Source: the human T2T-CHM13v2.0 reference genome, Homo sapiens. From it: a stretch of 64,000 nt of DNA. The position numbers and the translations under genes were made by a program. The stretch lies in assembly GCF_009914755.1 (NCBI RefSeq), contig NC_060947.1; one strand, written 5' to 3'. The notes beneath the pieces were generated by a model, which was given only the letters and a program-made list of their open reading frames with translations, ran no database searches and was not told where the DNA came from. Below, piece after piece: positions 21,891 through 40,705 of this stretch. Every line of letters starts with the position of its first letter. The stretch's first letter is position 1.

Positions 21891-22705
21891 TGACATGGGT
21901 AGAATTGTGTGCCCTACAACATTAGGTTCAAGTTCTGACGCCAGGTACCTGTTAACGTGACCTTCTTTGGAAATCAGGTCTCTGCAAATGTAATGAGTCC
22001 AGACACCAAGGGAAACGGAGAAGATAAGAAGCAGAGATTGAGGTAATGCGTCCACCAGCCAAGGAGCACCAAGACGTGCTGGCGACCACCAGATGCTAGC
22101 GGGGAGACCTGGAACAGATTCTCCCTCAAAGCCTCCAGAAGTAAACCAACTCTGTAGACACCTTCATTTCAGACTTCTGGTCTCCAGAGCTGTGAGAGAA
22201 TCCATTTCTGTTCATTGCAGCCACTTTTTTCTTTTCTTCCTTCTTTCTTTTCTTTTTTCTTTCTTTCTTTCTTCCTTCCTTCCTTCCTTTCTCTCTCTTT
22301 CTCTCTTTCTTCTTTTCCTTCCTTTGCTTCCTTTCCTTCCTTTCCTTGTTTCTTCTCTCTTTCTGAGATGGAGTTTTGCTCTGTCACCCAGGCTGGAGTG
22401 CAGTGGCGCAATCTCGGTTCACTGTGACCTCTGCCTCCTGGGTTCAAGTGATTCTCCTGCCTCAGCTTCCTGAGTAGCTGGGATTACAGGCACAAGCCAC
22501 CATGCCCGGATAATTTTTTATATTTTTGGTATAGACGAGGTTTCACCATGTTGGCCAATCTTGTTTCAAACTCTTGACCTCAAGTCATCCAGCCACCTTG
22601 GCCTCCCAAATTCTGAGATAACAGGTGTGAGCCACTGTGTCTTGCCTGAGCCATTTCTTCAGCAGTGATTTTTTTTTTTCATGGCTGCCCTAGCTAAGGA
22701 ATACC
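21891..22705 (+). mobile_element. MLT1 LTR interrupted by a reverse AluS with CT-rich tail (22205-22647)
   Basis: GGAACAGATTCTCCCTCAAAGCCTCCAGAAG...CAGACTTCTGGTCTCCAGAGCTGTGAGAGAA. Confidence 0.8.
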
Positions 22706-22739
22706 ATTACAATGAAAGCTGAGCTGCTTAAGCTACAAT

Positions 22740-24225
22740 TTTTTTTATTACTTATTTATTTACTTTTGTTTCAGTCATTTTTGGAGAACAGGTGGTTTTA
22801 GGTTACATGGATAATTTCTTTAGCAGTGATTTTTGAGATTTTCATGCACCCATCACTCAAGGAATGTACACTGTACTCAATGTGTAGTCTTTTATCCCTC
22901 ACTCCCCTCCTACCCTTTCCCCCGAGTCCCCAAAGTCCGTTGTATAATTCTTATGCCTTTGCATCCTCGTAGCTTAGCTCGCACTTATGACTGAGAACGT
23001 TTGATATTTAGTTTTCTTATACCCAAGTTACTTCACTTGGAATAATGGCCTCCACTTCCATCCATGTTACTGCAAAATACATTATTTTACTCCATTTTAT
23101 GGGTGAGTAGTATTCCGTGGTGTATATACACCACACTTTCTTTATCCACTCCTTGGTTGATGGGGATTTAGGCTGGTGTCATATTTTTGCAATCGCAAAT
23201 TGTGCTGCTATCAGTTACCACTAAAGAACTCATCCATGTAACCTAAAACCACCTGTCCTCCAAAAACTACTGAAACAAAAGTCAATCAATAAATAATAAT
23301 AAAAGGCAAGTGCCTTTTTTCATATAATGACTTCTTTTCCACTGTGTAGATACTCAGTTCTGAGATTGCTGGATCAAATTGTTGATCTACTTTTAGTTCT
23401 TCAAGGAACCTCCATACCTGGATCAAATGGTAGTTCTATTATTAGTTCTTCAAGGAGTCTCCATACCTGGATCAAATGGTAGTTCTAGTATTAGTTCTTT
23501 AAGGAGTCTCCATACCTGAATCCAATGGTAGTTCTACTATTAGTTCTTTAAGGAGTCTCCATACCTGGATCAAATGGTAGTTCTATTATTAGTTCTTTCA
23601 GGAATCTCCATACCTGGATCAAATGGTAGTTCTAGTTTTAGTTCTTCAAGGAGTCTCCATACCTGGATCAAATGGTGGTTCTATTATTAATTCTTCAAGG
23701 AATCTCCATACCTGGATCAAATGGTGGTTCTATTATTAGTTCTTTAAGGAGTCTCCATACCGGGAACAAATGGTAGTTCTAGTATTAGTTCTTTAAGGAA
23801 TCTCCGCAGTGGTTTCCATAGTGGTTAAACTAGTTTACATTCCCACCAGCAGTGTAAAAGTGTTCCCTTTTCACCACATCCACACCAACATCTGTTATTC
23901 TTTGATTTTTGAATTATGGCCATTCTTGCAGGAGTAAGATGGTATCTCACTGTGGTTTTAATTTTCATTTCCCTGATCATTAGTGATGTTGAGCATTTTT
24001 TCATATGCTCATTGGACATTCATATATCTACTTTTGAGAATTGTCTATTCATGCCCTTTGCCTATGTTTTGATGGGATTGTTTGTTTTTTTTTCCTGCTG
24101 ATTTGTTTGAGTTCCTTGTAGATTCTGGATGTTAGTCCTTCGTCGGATTCATAGTTGGGCAAATTTTTCTCCCATTCTGTGAGTTGTGTGTTTACTCTGC
24201 TGATTCTTTGTTTTGCTGTACAGAA
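22740..24225 (-). mobile_element. L1PB/MA 3' portion
   Basis: Minus-strand translation [32 protein letters not shown] matches L1 ORF2; 3'UTR on the left. Confidence 0.9.
23369..23809. repeat. 49-bp minisatellite, 9 units, inside L1
   Basis: CTGGATCAAATGGTAGTTCTATTATTAGTTCTTYAAGGARTCTCCATAC at 23369, 23418, 23467 ... 23761. Confidence 0.95.
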
Positions 24226-24892
24226 TAAGCTACAATTTTAAGGAAGAGGATTTGTGGCAACTTACGTAGCTCAGTAAAGAGAGTGAGTAGGACCTCAAAG
24301 CATTCTTTAAAGGAGAGAGAGGACATGATCCAACTTAGACAAAGAGAATGTTCTGGCCACAGAGGCAATTTGGCCAGAAACTAGATAACAGGATGTCAAA
24401 CTAGATAACAAGGAAGTCTACCTTAATTCAATGGCACAAGAGCTTGAAATCATCAAAGAGTCTTTCTGAATACTACGCTAAAGCAATTGCTTTTAATGAA
24501 TATATTCAGACTTGCCAAGGCTGAGACCTCAAATACTATCTTGAGGTCTTTAACAGCTATCTGATGCTGTCAATGATTTTGTATATAAAAAGACCTTGGA
24601 ACAGGAGGTTGCCATTTAGTGAACAGGGTTGGCAGTATACCTTCCCGCCTGCTTTGCATAGTGACTCATTGTCTACTCAACGAGGATTCTTAATAATCAT
24701 GTCATTGGTGACACATAGGCAGTCAGTGGATTTTTTTTTTTAATGACAAGTGGAAAAATGTTAAAAGCCAGCTTTGATTAAAATGTGAGTTAAGCTGGAA
24801 AGCTCAGTGAAATCCATCCATGGCTGTATATTAAGAACTGTAACCTGCCACTGTGTGTAACACCCGTTATATAAACTCATGTAAAGATTTCA

Positions 24893-25226
<334 letters not shown>

Positions 25227-25868
25227 CTACCAAGTATGTCTCCGCTGGCAATCCTTGAGAATCAATAGAAGTTATTCCAAAATATAAGCTGGTATAGTGA
25301 TAAACCTGGTGAAAAGCACCGTGTTTTATAATGCAATGTCTAAGCCCACAGTGGCGCCTGTGTCATGGATGGAAACAATTTCCAAGTATGGCAGTGTGGG
25401 CTGCAGCTGTTCCACAGAAGATCGTAAAGTATATGGAATGGTAAATGCATGGCACGTTTTGTAAAATAATTAAATGAAGCCCAATGCTGCCATCCCTCAG
25501 GTCATATTTACATAGATGATTGAGCTGTCTGATTCACTGAGGGTTCTCTCTGTGTGTCTCTTTGGTGAAGCAATTTATTCTGCTTTTACAGATTAGATAT
25601 TTTCTAAGTGACGAAATACAAGTCTTCCAGTGGCACAATATAAAATCGTATTAAAGAGCATTAAAGCATATAAGCTAACAGCATGCATACTTATCTACAA
25701 ACTGGTTTCTAAAAATGGAGAAGCATTTTTTGCTTTCAGATGGAGATTGTGTACTCAGATCTCGAATTCTGTTTCCTTAAAAAATGGTTTAATGAACCCT
25801 AATGCATCTACCACTCAGGTTTTAACGATTACAAACAGTTATCAATGTGTTTTATTTTTCCATTTTAA

Positions 25869-26257
<389 letters not shown>

Positions 26258-26582
26258 CAACAATACTTTTATCTACTCATCAGTATGTGTTCAAATTTCC
26301 CTCAGTCTTAGAAATGACTTTCTGTGGTTGGTTTCTTTAAATAAAAATGGAAAGAAACTCCACACACTTTAGATGGCTGATTTGTCTCATAAAAGTTTTT
26401 TGATTTGTAATAATTCACCATCTTCCCTTTATTTTGTCCTGATTATATAGTCCATATCCCTTGTGACTTTCACCATAGAAGGACTTTATCCCTGTCTTCA
26501 AAAGCCATAAAAATAGTCCCCGTTGCTAACTAACAACATTGATGCTTTTGTGACCTAGGAAAGCTTCTAAGTGTAGCTTTGA

Positions 26583-27200
<618 letters not shown>

Positions 27201-27839
27201 TGAGCAGGGTTGTACCTGCACTCATCATGGAATAAGCACTAAAGAAACAAAGCTACAACAGAAGATGTCCTCTACTGCAGGGCACCTTACATTCCAATCC
27301 TCCAATATGGCAGCGAGTCAAAATCTCAAAAGACCTGAGTGCCTTCTGCGTAAGTCCCCGTAGGCTTCTAGTATTCATTTTACAAGTATACTGATGCTCT
27401 CAGTTGATGCTGAGGGGGTGGCTGTTCATGAAGATGATGGAATTGGCTTCGGCAGAGGTCTCTCTTTGACCATCTAGAGGCACTGTTGCTTATCTATCAG
27501 GAAACGGAGGGAGGCACTGGGAATTTGAACTCGAGCTCTGGAGTTCTTCCATGCAGCTGTGTTTACGTATCATCAAGCACCGATTCATTGCCCGTTGGGA
27601 CAGAGGAGAATCAGGCCTGGTCTGGCATCATTGCCGGGTGGGTGTGAAATGCCACTTCTACCGAGACCAACTGGAAATGAAAGATCGTCAACAGTCAAAA
27701 AGGTCACTGCATAAATGCCTGTGAAGTCCAAGTAACTGTCAGAGACAGAATACGCTTTGCAGCGGAGAGTTTTCCAGGAAAGAAAAATGGTTTCTGTGAA
27801 TGTTCTTTGGGAGGCCACGGATGGCTTGTTCTGAAGTGA

Positions 27840-28515
<676 letters not shown>

Positions 28516-28684
28516 AGGGTGGAGTCAAGACGGCTTGTTTAATTCGGCCAACTTGAGCAAAGAGGCATAATGGTTATTGCCTCTCTGGGTTCACTAAACA
28601 CATAAACATGCCCACACTAATAATTCATGTCGACCGCAGTACTCTCTGCTTTTCCTGAATAGCATATTGTGTTGAACAGGTTAT

Positions 28685-28820
28685 ACGACCTTGGGTAGAG
28701 ACTTAGCTCTCTTTAAGCCTCCATTTCTCATCTGTAAAATGAGAATGAAAGATGGTTTCTCCGTATTTATGGAAGGGTTCCAACAAGGTAAAGTGTGTAG
28801 CGTACTTTGTCAATTCTAAA
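28685..28820. mobile_element. MIR core
   Basis: AAGCCTCCATTTCTCATCTGTAAAATGAGAAT. Confidence 0.7.
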
Positions 28821-28874
28821 GCACTCTTCTGATATAAATTATAGCATCCCCGGATTCATTGTTTGAGTTGGTTT

Positions 28875-29450
<576 letters not shown>

Positions 29451-30209
29451 ACTGAATGTGAACATTTCTTTTACAAAATAAAATGTATGTTCAGGCTTTT
29501 ACTTAATCCATGCTAGTAAGAGCCTGGTTCAAAAATGAGCTGCAGGTTTTTTCAAAGAGAATCACAATCATTTCTGTGGAATAGGTGAAGTGAAAGACAT
29601 TTTTAGAAAGTTTGCATCTTTTTGCAGAGACTTTTAATGAAGGGGTTTATGTTTTCCGCTCTGTTCGTTTACTGAAAGCAAAAGAAGAAAAGTGAGGAAG
29701 GGATTATACAAAGAAAGTGACTGAAAAATTCTGAAAATATCTGTTTTCATAAGATAAGAGCTTTATTCTAGTTCTGAACATATAATCATAGTCATCATTG
29801 TCCTTATTTAAATAAAAACAGCTAGCTGGGCAACTTAGTCTCATTGAAATTCCTGAGATCTTCATTCTTTCTTGGTATTTGGCTGAAAAAAGAATAAGTT
29901 TATCTCATTCTTTTCCCAAAGTATAGCACAAGGTTGAGAGCCTGGACTCGTGGCATGCATACCTAATGAGACCGTTGTATTACTTGGGGTGAAACTCCTT
30001 CCATTTGACTTGATGTAGTTATTTTCTTTTTCTTGCAAGGGAAGCAAACTTTGGGTTCTACCTGGGTCTTCCTTAAGCATCAGGTGTGTTTCAAATGGAT
30101 AGATTTAATAATAATTGATCCACTAATAATTGATCCACTGGGCAATGATTTTTTAAATGTTTGTTTTCAAATTTAAAACAATGCCTCAAGTTTAGAAATG
30201 CCTCTCCTC

Positions 30210-30566
<357 letters not shown>

Positions 30567-30627
30567 TCAAGGCTGAGTTCTGGGTTGGCAGGACAGTCTT
30601 GAATGAGGATCTGAATGTAGGAGTATT

Positions 30628-30666
30628 CCTGCAATTAGTCTTCGTTGCCACTAGGAGGTGGTGTGT
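30628..30666 (+). promoter_or_regulatory. Candidate CTCF site (core plus upstream motif)
   Basis: CTGCAAT-N9-TTGCCACTAGGAGGTGG; two core mismatches. Confidence 0.35.
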
Positions 30667-30939
30667 AGCGGGGTGTCCTTTTGAGTTGACTTGCCAAGAA
30701 GACCAGGTGTAGGGTTAAGCATGATTTTCCAAATGGAAGCTTCAGGAAAGCTTCAAAAGATACCTTATGCACTGTAATGCACAGCATTTGATATTAAAAC
30801 AATACATAGCATCTTAAACAATACATAGCAAGTGAAGTTTCTCTCAGGCTTCCCTCACAAAGAGCAAGCCTTGCTTATGGTGTCCTTGTTCTGTCCTATA
30901 CCTTATCTCAGGCACTGTGAGCTGGGAATTAAAATTTTC

Positions 30940-31235
30940 TTTCCTTTTTTTTTTTGAGACAGAGTCTCGCTCTGCTGCCCAGGGTGGAGTGCAATGATGC
31001 AAACTTGGCTCACTGCAACCTTTGCCTCCTGGGTTCAAGCAATCATCCTGCCTCAGCCTCCTAAGTAGCTGGGATTACAGGCGCCCGTCACCACACCATG
31101 CTCATTTTGTATTTTAGTAGAGATGTTGGTTTCACCATGTTGGTCTGGCTGGTCTCAAACTCCTGATCTCAGGTGATCCACCTACCTCCACCTCCCAAAG
31201 TGCTGGGATTACAGGTGTGAGCCACCACACCCAGC
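30940..31235 (-). mobile_element. AluSx
   Basis: Full reverse dimer. Confidence 0.95.
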
Positions 31236-31239
31236 TATC

Positions 31240-31785
31240 TTTACATTTTAATTATGGCAAAATACATATAACATAACATTTACTACTAGTGACATTCAGA
31301 ACATTCCCCATGCTGTATAGCCATTACCTCCATCTCCTTCCAGAACATTCAACATTCCCCATGCTGTATAGCCATTACCTCCATCTCCTTCCAGAACATT
31401 CTAATCACCCTAAATGGAGACCTTGTACCTATTAAGCCCTCACTCCTCATTCCTCCTTTTCCCAACCCATGCAAACCCCTAATCTACTTTCTATCTCTAG
31501 GGATTCATTCCTTCTAGACATTTCACATAAATGGAATAACCCAAGGTGTGGCTTATTTATATCTGGCTTCATTTACTGAACATAATGTTCTCAAAGTACA
31601 CTCACATAGCAGCGTGTGTCAGGATTTCATTGTGTTTGATGGCTGTTTCATATTCCACCATATGGATAGACGCCATTTTGTTTCTCCATTCACCTATGGG
31701 TGAACATTTGGGTTGTATTTACCCGTTGGTGATTGGGAAGAATGCTGCTATGAATAATTGGATACGTATTTTTGTTTGAACATTT
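31240..31785 (-). mobile_element. L1MB/MC 3' end with an internal 51-bp tandem duplication (31300-31401)
   Basis: CTAATCTACTTTCTATCTCTA...GACATTTCACATAAATGGAAT. Confidence 0.8.
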
Positions 31786-31786
31786 G

Positions 31787-32145
31787 TGCTATGCTCTGAA
31801 GGTTTCTGTGTCCCCAAAGTTCATATGAGGAAAGCTAATACTCAAGGTGATAGTATTAAGAGGTGGAACCCTTGGAAAGTGATGAGGTCAAGAGAATGGA
31901 AGCTCCATGGATGGGATGAGTGCTCTTATCAAAAGAACCCCAGAGAGCTCCTTTTTTTCCTTCTACCATGCAAGGACACAGCAAGAAGGTGCCATCTACG
32001 AACCAGGAACTGGGTTCTTACCAGACACTGAATCTTCTATGTCTTGATTTTGGACATCCAACTTCCAGAACTGTGAGCAATAAACATCTGGTGTTCAAAA
32101 GCCACCCAGTCTAAAGTATTTTGTTACAGCAACATACAAAAAGAC
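31787..32145 (+). mobile_element. MLT1A-type LTR
   Basis: TGCTATG...TGTGTCCCCAAAGTTCATATG...CCAGAACTGTGAGCAATAAA...AAGCCACCCAGTCTA. Confidence 0.85.
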
Positions 32146-33019
32146 AGTGGCCCCCAAAATCTCCTCTCATCACAAGGAGCCCCCTTCACTTCACCCACAA
32201 AGGAGGCAAGATCTGAGGTCATCAGGCTCCCAACCAAGGGACTGGGTGTTCTGATCTATGTTTTAACTTTTCAATCAAGTACATCACTTCCAGCTGGGAC
32301 TCTGGGTCTAGCACAGGGAGAAATAAAGCGTGAACCATCATTACAAGCTCAGGGAGGGAGGGAGAAAGTGCAAATCGAAGAGCTGGAAAATCATCGAGCC
32401 AGCCCAACTGTTGGGAGATTGGGGATTCTTTGTGCACGGAGCAGAAACAATCTCCTGCACGGGGTGGCGGCTTGGGCCAGGACTTCTCGGCATTGAGGAG
32501 TTACAGAGCTGTTTTGTAGCTAAACCGACTTTCATTCCAAGCACTTCTACAGAGAACGAAATCAAACAGCGGTGATGATGGGATCCCCAGGCCCAGCCAG
32601 TGATCTGCTTAATTACTGACCAGGGAAGCTTCAGTAGCTTAATTGGATTGATGGGCACAGTGCCTAGTCCTCCACCCACTGGTCCCAGAGATTTTTATGG
32701 ATGGCATGCTGATCTTCCATGCCCTGAGGCTTGGGGTCCTGTGTCCAGCATTCCCCACCAACTGGGCAGATGCTGCTGGATTTATGTCAACAGCGAGTTC
32801 TGCAGGCACACCTCTAAAACACAGTCTCATAGTGTCTTCTGTTTTCAGGAACAAATACAAATTTTCTTCTCACATAAGTTATATCATGAACATGAGCATT
32901 TAACAAGGGACGGTGTGTGTGTGCGAGCACGTACATGTTGTATGTTGTGTGTTTTGTGTGTGTGAGAGAGACACCACAGACACACTAGCCCCATGAAAGG
33001 CCAGGGCAGTGAGGCCTGG

Positions 33020-33830
33020 ACCATGGTCTGCTAAGGACCTGGTGTGGCACACTGATGGTTATCACAAGTGGCCTGGGAGGTGTTCTGTTGGCCCCAGGGG
33101 TTCACTGACCATCATCACAGGTGGCCTGTGATGTGTTGACTTGGTGGGGCCCACTGACCACCATTGCTGGTGGCCTTAGAGGTGATCTGTTGACCCCAGG
33201 GGCTCACTGGTGACCACTGCCGGTAGCCTGGGAGGTGGTCTGTTGACCTTGGGGACTCATTGATGACCATTACAGGTGGCCTGGGAGATGGTCTGTTGAC
33301 CCTGGGGAGTCACTGATGACCATTTCAAGTGGTCTGTTGACCTTGGGGGCTCACTGACGGCCATTGCAGGTTGTCTGGGAGGTGGTGTGTTGACCTTGTG
33401 GGCTCACTGATGGCCATTGCTGGTGGCCTTGGCGATGATGGTCTGTTGACCCCAGGGGCTCACTGGTGACCACTGCAGGTGGGCTGGGAAGTGGTCTGTT
33501 GACCTGGGGACTCACTGACCACCATTGCTGGTGGCCTTGGAGATGGTTTGTTGACCTTGGGGACTCACCACCATTGCAGGTGACTTGGGAGATGGTTTGT
33601 TGACCTTGGGGACACACTGACCACCACTGCAGGTGACTTGGGAGATGGTTTGTTGACCCTGGGGACTCACTGGTGACCATTACAGGTGGGCTGGGAAGTG
33701 GTCTCTTGACCTGGGGACTCACTGACCACCACTGTTGGTGGCCTTGGAGATGGTTTGTTGACCCCAGGGGCTCACTGATGACCATTGCAGGTGGCCTGGG
33801 GGATGGCCTATTGACTGGGCACATCCTACT
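33020..33830. repeat. Degenerate ~50-54-bp GC-rich minisatellite, ~15 units
   Basis: Consensus ~GGTGGCCTGGGAGATGGTCTGTTGACCTTGGGGACTCACTGATGACCATTGCA. Confidence 0.9.
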
Positions 33831-34653
33831 GATTCACTGCAGAAGACGGGCAATTTGCTGAGCACCTAGAAGGGCCTGACTATCAGTGCCAGGGTTAGTG
33901 GGTCCAACCTCAAGGTCCTGCACCTAGAGGACCTAACACAGACAATGTTCTGCTGGCTGCTGAACACTTGGACCTAACCCTGACCATCTTCTGCACATTG
34001 CCCAGGACTAGTTGGCCCCACTTCTTCTCTTCTCAGAGCCCACGATAGGCCCTGTGGTCACTCCCTCTGCAGAGGTGGAACTGAAATTCCCTCAGGTCAC
34101 ATTCCTGGTTATGCAGGAAGCTGAGAATGAGACAGGAATTCCAAACCCAGGTCAGTGGCCTAAATATGGTCCTGTGGGTCTGACCACAGGCAGTTACAAG
34201 GCTGGAACCCAGGGGAAAGCTGCCTTCCCACATCGCGCTGGGTGCACACCTGGAGCATTACACAGCTTGGGGGGATGAAGGGTAAGACCTCAGGCCCCTG
34301 GGCAGCCATGCTCTTATGAGTATGTATATCCTGGAGCAGGTCCTGCCACTTCAGGCCTCCTTACTAGTGGTGGAAGAGGCAGGTGCCTGAGCCCCTCTTC
34401 CCCATTCTGACTTGTACCTTTTGACTCCTAGCCCTTTCCACTCTCCCTCCCCAGACCTCCTAGTTCAGGACATGCCTGAACACCTCCGGTAACCTTCCCA
34501 TGTGTAGTTTCCAGTATACCAAGAGGAGCTTGTGCGGTGGTTGAGCTTTAAGCAGCAGAAAGTTTCTCAGCAATTTGCCTCGTATATATTGGTATTGGTG
34601 TGCTCCAGGGAGACAGAACCAATTGTATCATTTCACGATAAGAAGAGGTTCTA

Positions 34654-35725
<1,072 letters not shown>

Positions 35726-36102
35726 CTATTCTCTTAACTCTCATTTCCAAATGAGAAGTATATTTAAGATGGGTGTACTTCCCTCACGGTGAAATGGTTT
35801 TCAACTTCTCAGGGAGAGAAGTCTTATTTCCTCTTTGCCTTTCTCCCCCCATTTTCCCTTTCTTTCCTCTTCCACATAGAGCATTTTAGATGCGTCCAGG
35901 GGGCCATGGTCTGTCACTCACTCACTTCTCTTTAGCTTACAGAAAGACAACATGCTATGAAAAAGAAAGAAAAAATCTCTCTTCTCAGTTTCTGATGTTT
36001 GCTTATCTGTTATTCTTGTAGATGTATATTGCCAAATTTGTATATGTCAATGTGTTATGGAAATTTTAACAGATATAAAAAGTATAAACAATAGTGAATT
36101 TC

Positions 36103-36580
<478 letters not shown>

Positions 36581-37247
36581 TTTTTAAAACAAGAAGGGTG
36601 AGTTTAAAAGCTTGTGTACCTGCGCAGAACTTCAAGAAAATATTGCAATGTTATCTTCTTCACTTTCAGCCAGAAACTTAGCCAGGTGTGGTGGCAGGTG
36701 CCACCTGGAGATCTGGATGGGGGTCGTATGAGAACATCACGTTCTTTTTCTGAGCCTCTGGTATCCAGCCTAGCCTGTAGGCATTGCTTCCTCCGATGGG
36801 CAGTTTGTGCCTTTGGAAATCACCCTTCTACCTCCCATACCCCCATCCCAATATCTCTGTGTGCTTGGCACATAGGAGGTGGGACATTTGGTAGAGAAAA
36901 TACGTGCTGAAGCAAATGGAGTGAAATTGGGGAATCTGATAGAAGCAAATGGAGTCAAATCTGGGAATTTGATAAGCCTCCCATTCACACTGGGGAAACT
37001 GGGACCAGATCCAAAGCCAGCAGCACTGAAACAGCGGTTGAAGCAGCGTTCAAACAGTATTGAAACAGATTTGTGGACACCGCAGTCGTGCATGCATTCC
37101 TCATGAGGAAAGGCTGTCACTCTTTAAATTTCTCCCTGACTTGGGTGTCTGCAAATATCCATGAGTCTTATTCTCTACGTGGACACACAGATGTCCACTC
37201 GGATACCTCAGCCGTAGAAGAATCACCAAGCATCTATGACCCACATT

Positions 37248-38503
<1,256 letters not shown>

Positions 38504-39044
38504 GGGCAGTGGGGACCCTCTGGGCAGAATCACCTCCATCCCACCTGGGTTTCCACTTTAAACCCCCCAGTGGGGATTTTCCCATTCTGGAGACCTGGAT
38601 GGGGTCCTCTGAGAACATCAGGCTCTTTTTCTGAGCCTTTGATCTCCAGCCTAGCCTGAATCAGGCTGGATGTCAGAGGTGCATCCTCCTTAGAATGAAG
38701 GAAGAAGGGACTTGGTAATGTTCTATGTACACACGGCAGGGTGATGCTTCGGGGTGTTTGTAAACGAGGTTTCTCCCTCTCATTCAGTTGCTCATCTTCC
38801 CTTTCACCCACTGCCCTGCCAACTAATTTGAGTAGCCTGATGGTGCTTGCTTCATCTCGCCAGGGGAGGGATGGGTTAGACCAGAGAGATGGAGAAAAAC
38901 CAGCCTCTCCCTCGCTTGACTTCAAGGTCTGTTTTCAAGAGGGAGGCGCGCGTGGGTTTGGGTTAGACCTAAAGTGGTTGATGCTTAGAGGGAGGGATTT
39001 CTTTGCTCTCAGACTAGGGGGCAGAGATGAGGTAGCGAGGATGG

Positions 39045-39192
39045 AATATAGAGGTGATTGAAGGTATCTGGAAAGATATGCGTGGGCAATATGCAAATAT
39101 TACACCATTTTATATAAGGGACATCCATGAATTTTACTAGCATCTGCTGAGTGTCCTGACATCAATCCTCCACAGATAACAAGGGATGACTG
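39045..39192 (-). mobile_element. Partial MER2 (Tigger family)
   Basis: ATATGCAAATATTACACCATTTTATATAAGGGAC...AAGGGATGACTG. Confidence 0.85.
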
Positions 39193-39553
39193 TATATAGA
39201 TGACTTAGAGATACAGAAAGATATATAGAGAGATAGGGCGATACAGAGATGAAAGATTAATTGATGATAGATACCTGGATGGATAGATAGGAGATAGATA
39301 AATACATAGATACATAGATAGACGACAGATAGATACATAGATAGATAGATACATACATAGATAGATGATAGAAAGATAGATGATAGATGGTAGATAGATA
39401 ATAGATAGATAAGTAAATAGATAGTAGACAGAAGATAGACAGTAGACAAGTAGCTGGTAGGTAGATAGTAGAAAAGTGGTAGATAGATAGATAGAAGACA
39501 AGTCGCTGGTAGGTAAGTAGACAGACAGTAGACAGGTAGCTGTGTAGACAGAT

Positions 39554-39590
<37 letters not shown>

Positions 39591-39868
39591 GATAGATAGA
39601 TAGAAACATAGATGATAGGAGACAGGTACATAGATATCTGGATGGATAGATAGGAGATAGACGACAGATAGATAGATAGATGATAGATGGTAGATAGATA
39701 GATAATAGATAAGTAAATAGATAGTAGACAGAGATAGAAGATAGATAGTAGACAAGTAGCTGGTAGGTAGATAGGTAGATAGAAAAGTAACTGGTAGATA
39801 GATAGAAGACAAGTAGCTGGTAGGTAGGTAGATAGAAAGACAGTAGACAGGTAGCTGTGTAGACAGAT

Positions 39869-39911
<43 letters not shown>

Positions 39912-40100
39912 GATAGACAAAGATAGATAGTAGATAGATAGTAGATAGAAAGATAGATAGATGGATAGTAGATAGATAGATAGAGATAGATGATAGATAG
40001 GAGACAGGTACATAGATTGATGTCGTGTTGATTGACAGATGATAGAGCCATATACACTGAGGTGTGTACACACACATGTATAAACGCACATTGGATATAC
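39193..40100. repeat. (GATA)n-based compound tract with an internal ~365-bp duplication
   Basis: CTGGATGGATAGATAGGAGATAGA and GACAAGTAGCTGGTAGGTAG blocks recur. Confidence 0.9.
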
Positions 40101-40705
40101 AGATGTATATATATAGAGAGAACCATATGCACAGAGTCATGTACTCATATGCCCCCCACTGCTGTGTCACTGCGTACATTTTCAGAAATCCACCTATTTC
40201 TGAGTCGAGGAAGAACCTGCTCTCCCAGGGGTAAAGGGGTGTGCCGCTCCAGGATGACATGCCACCCTGGTGTTGACTCTTTCAGCCCCACACACAAACC
40301 CCACCCGCTGGGTCAGGGTTTACACCCTCTTCAGTGAATGTCCTGGATTTCCTGGAGAGGCTCAGCCAGGCAGGAGAGGACCAGGAGAGGCGCTGGCCAT
40401 TCCTCCAGTTTGGTCACCAAGAGGTGGGTGGTTTCAGCCTGAAAGATGCACCTGCAGGACCTGTGGGTTGAGTAGATGGTGTCACCTGAGGGGCAGGGGA
40501 TGACCAGCGTCCCTGGGTGGAGAGGGCTGCGTGGACAGTGCACTCATCCCACCTTGCTGCCCCTCAGTCGCCTGGCCACAGAGACTCCGGGTCCACCACA
40601 TTGAACCCCCACTGCCACGATGCCCTTCACCCTTGACGTGAAAGTCCCTTCCTCACCTGAGCCCGCCAACGTCTCTCCATCCTCACTTCCTCATCTCTGC
40701 CCCCA

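Noticed and set aside
24524-24549. 9-bp stem hairpin AGACCTCAA/TTGAGGTCT
   Set aside because: A stem this short is plausible by chance in 64 kb; no ncRNA features
33351-33824. 157-aa Pro/Gln/Ser-rich ORF
   Set aside because: Translation of the degenerate minisatellite
36879-37106. 75-aa ORF with a repeated EANGVK motif
   Set aside because: Explained by a 33-bp tandem duplication; no recognisable family or splice support
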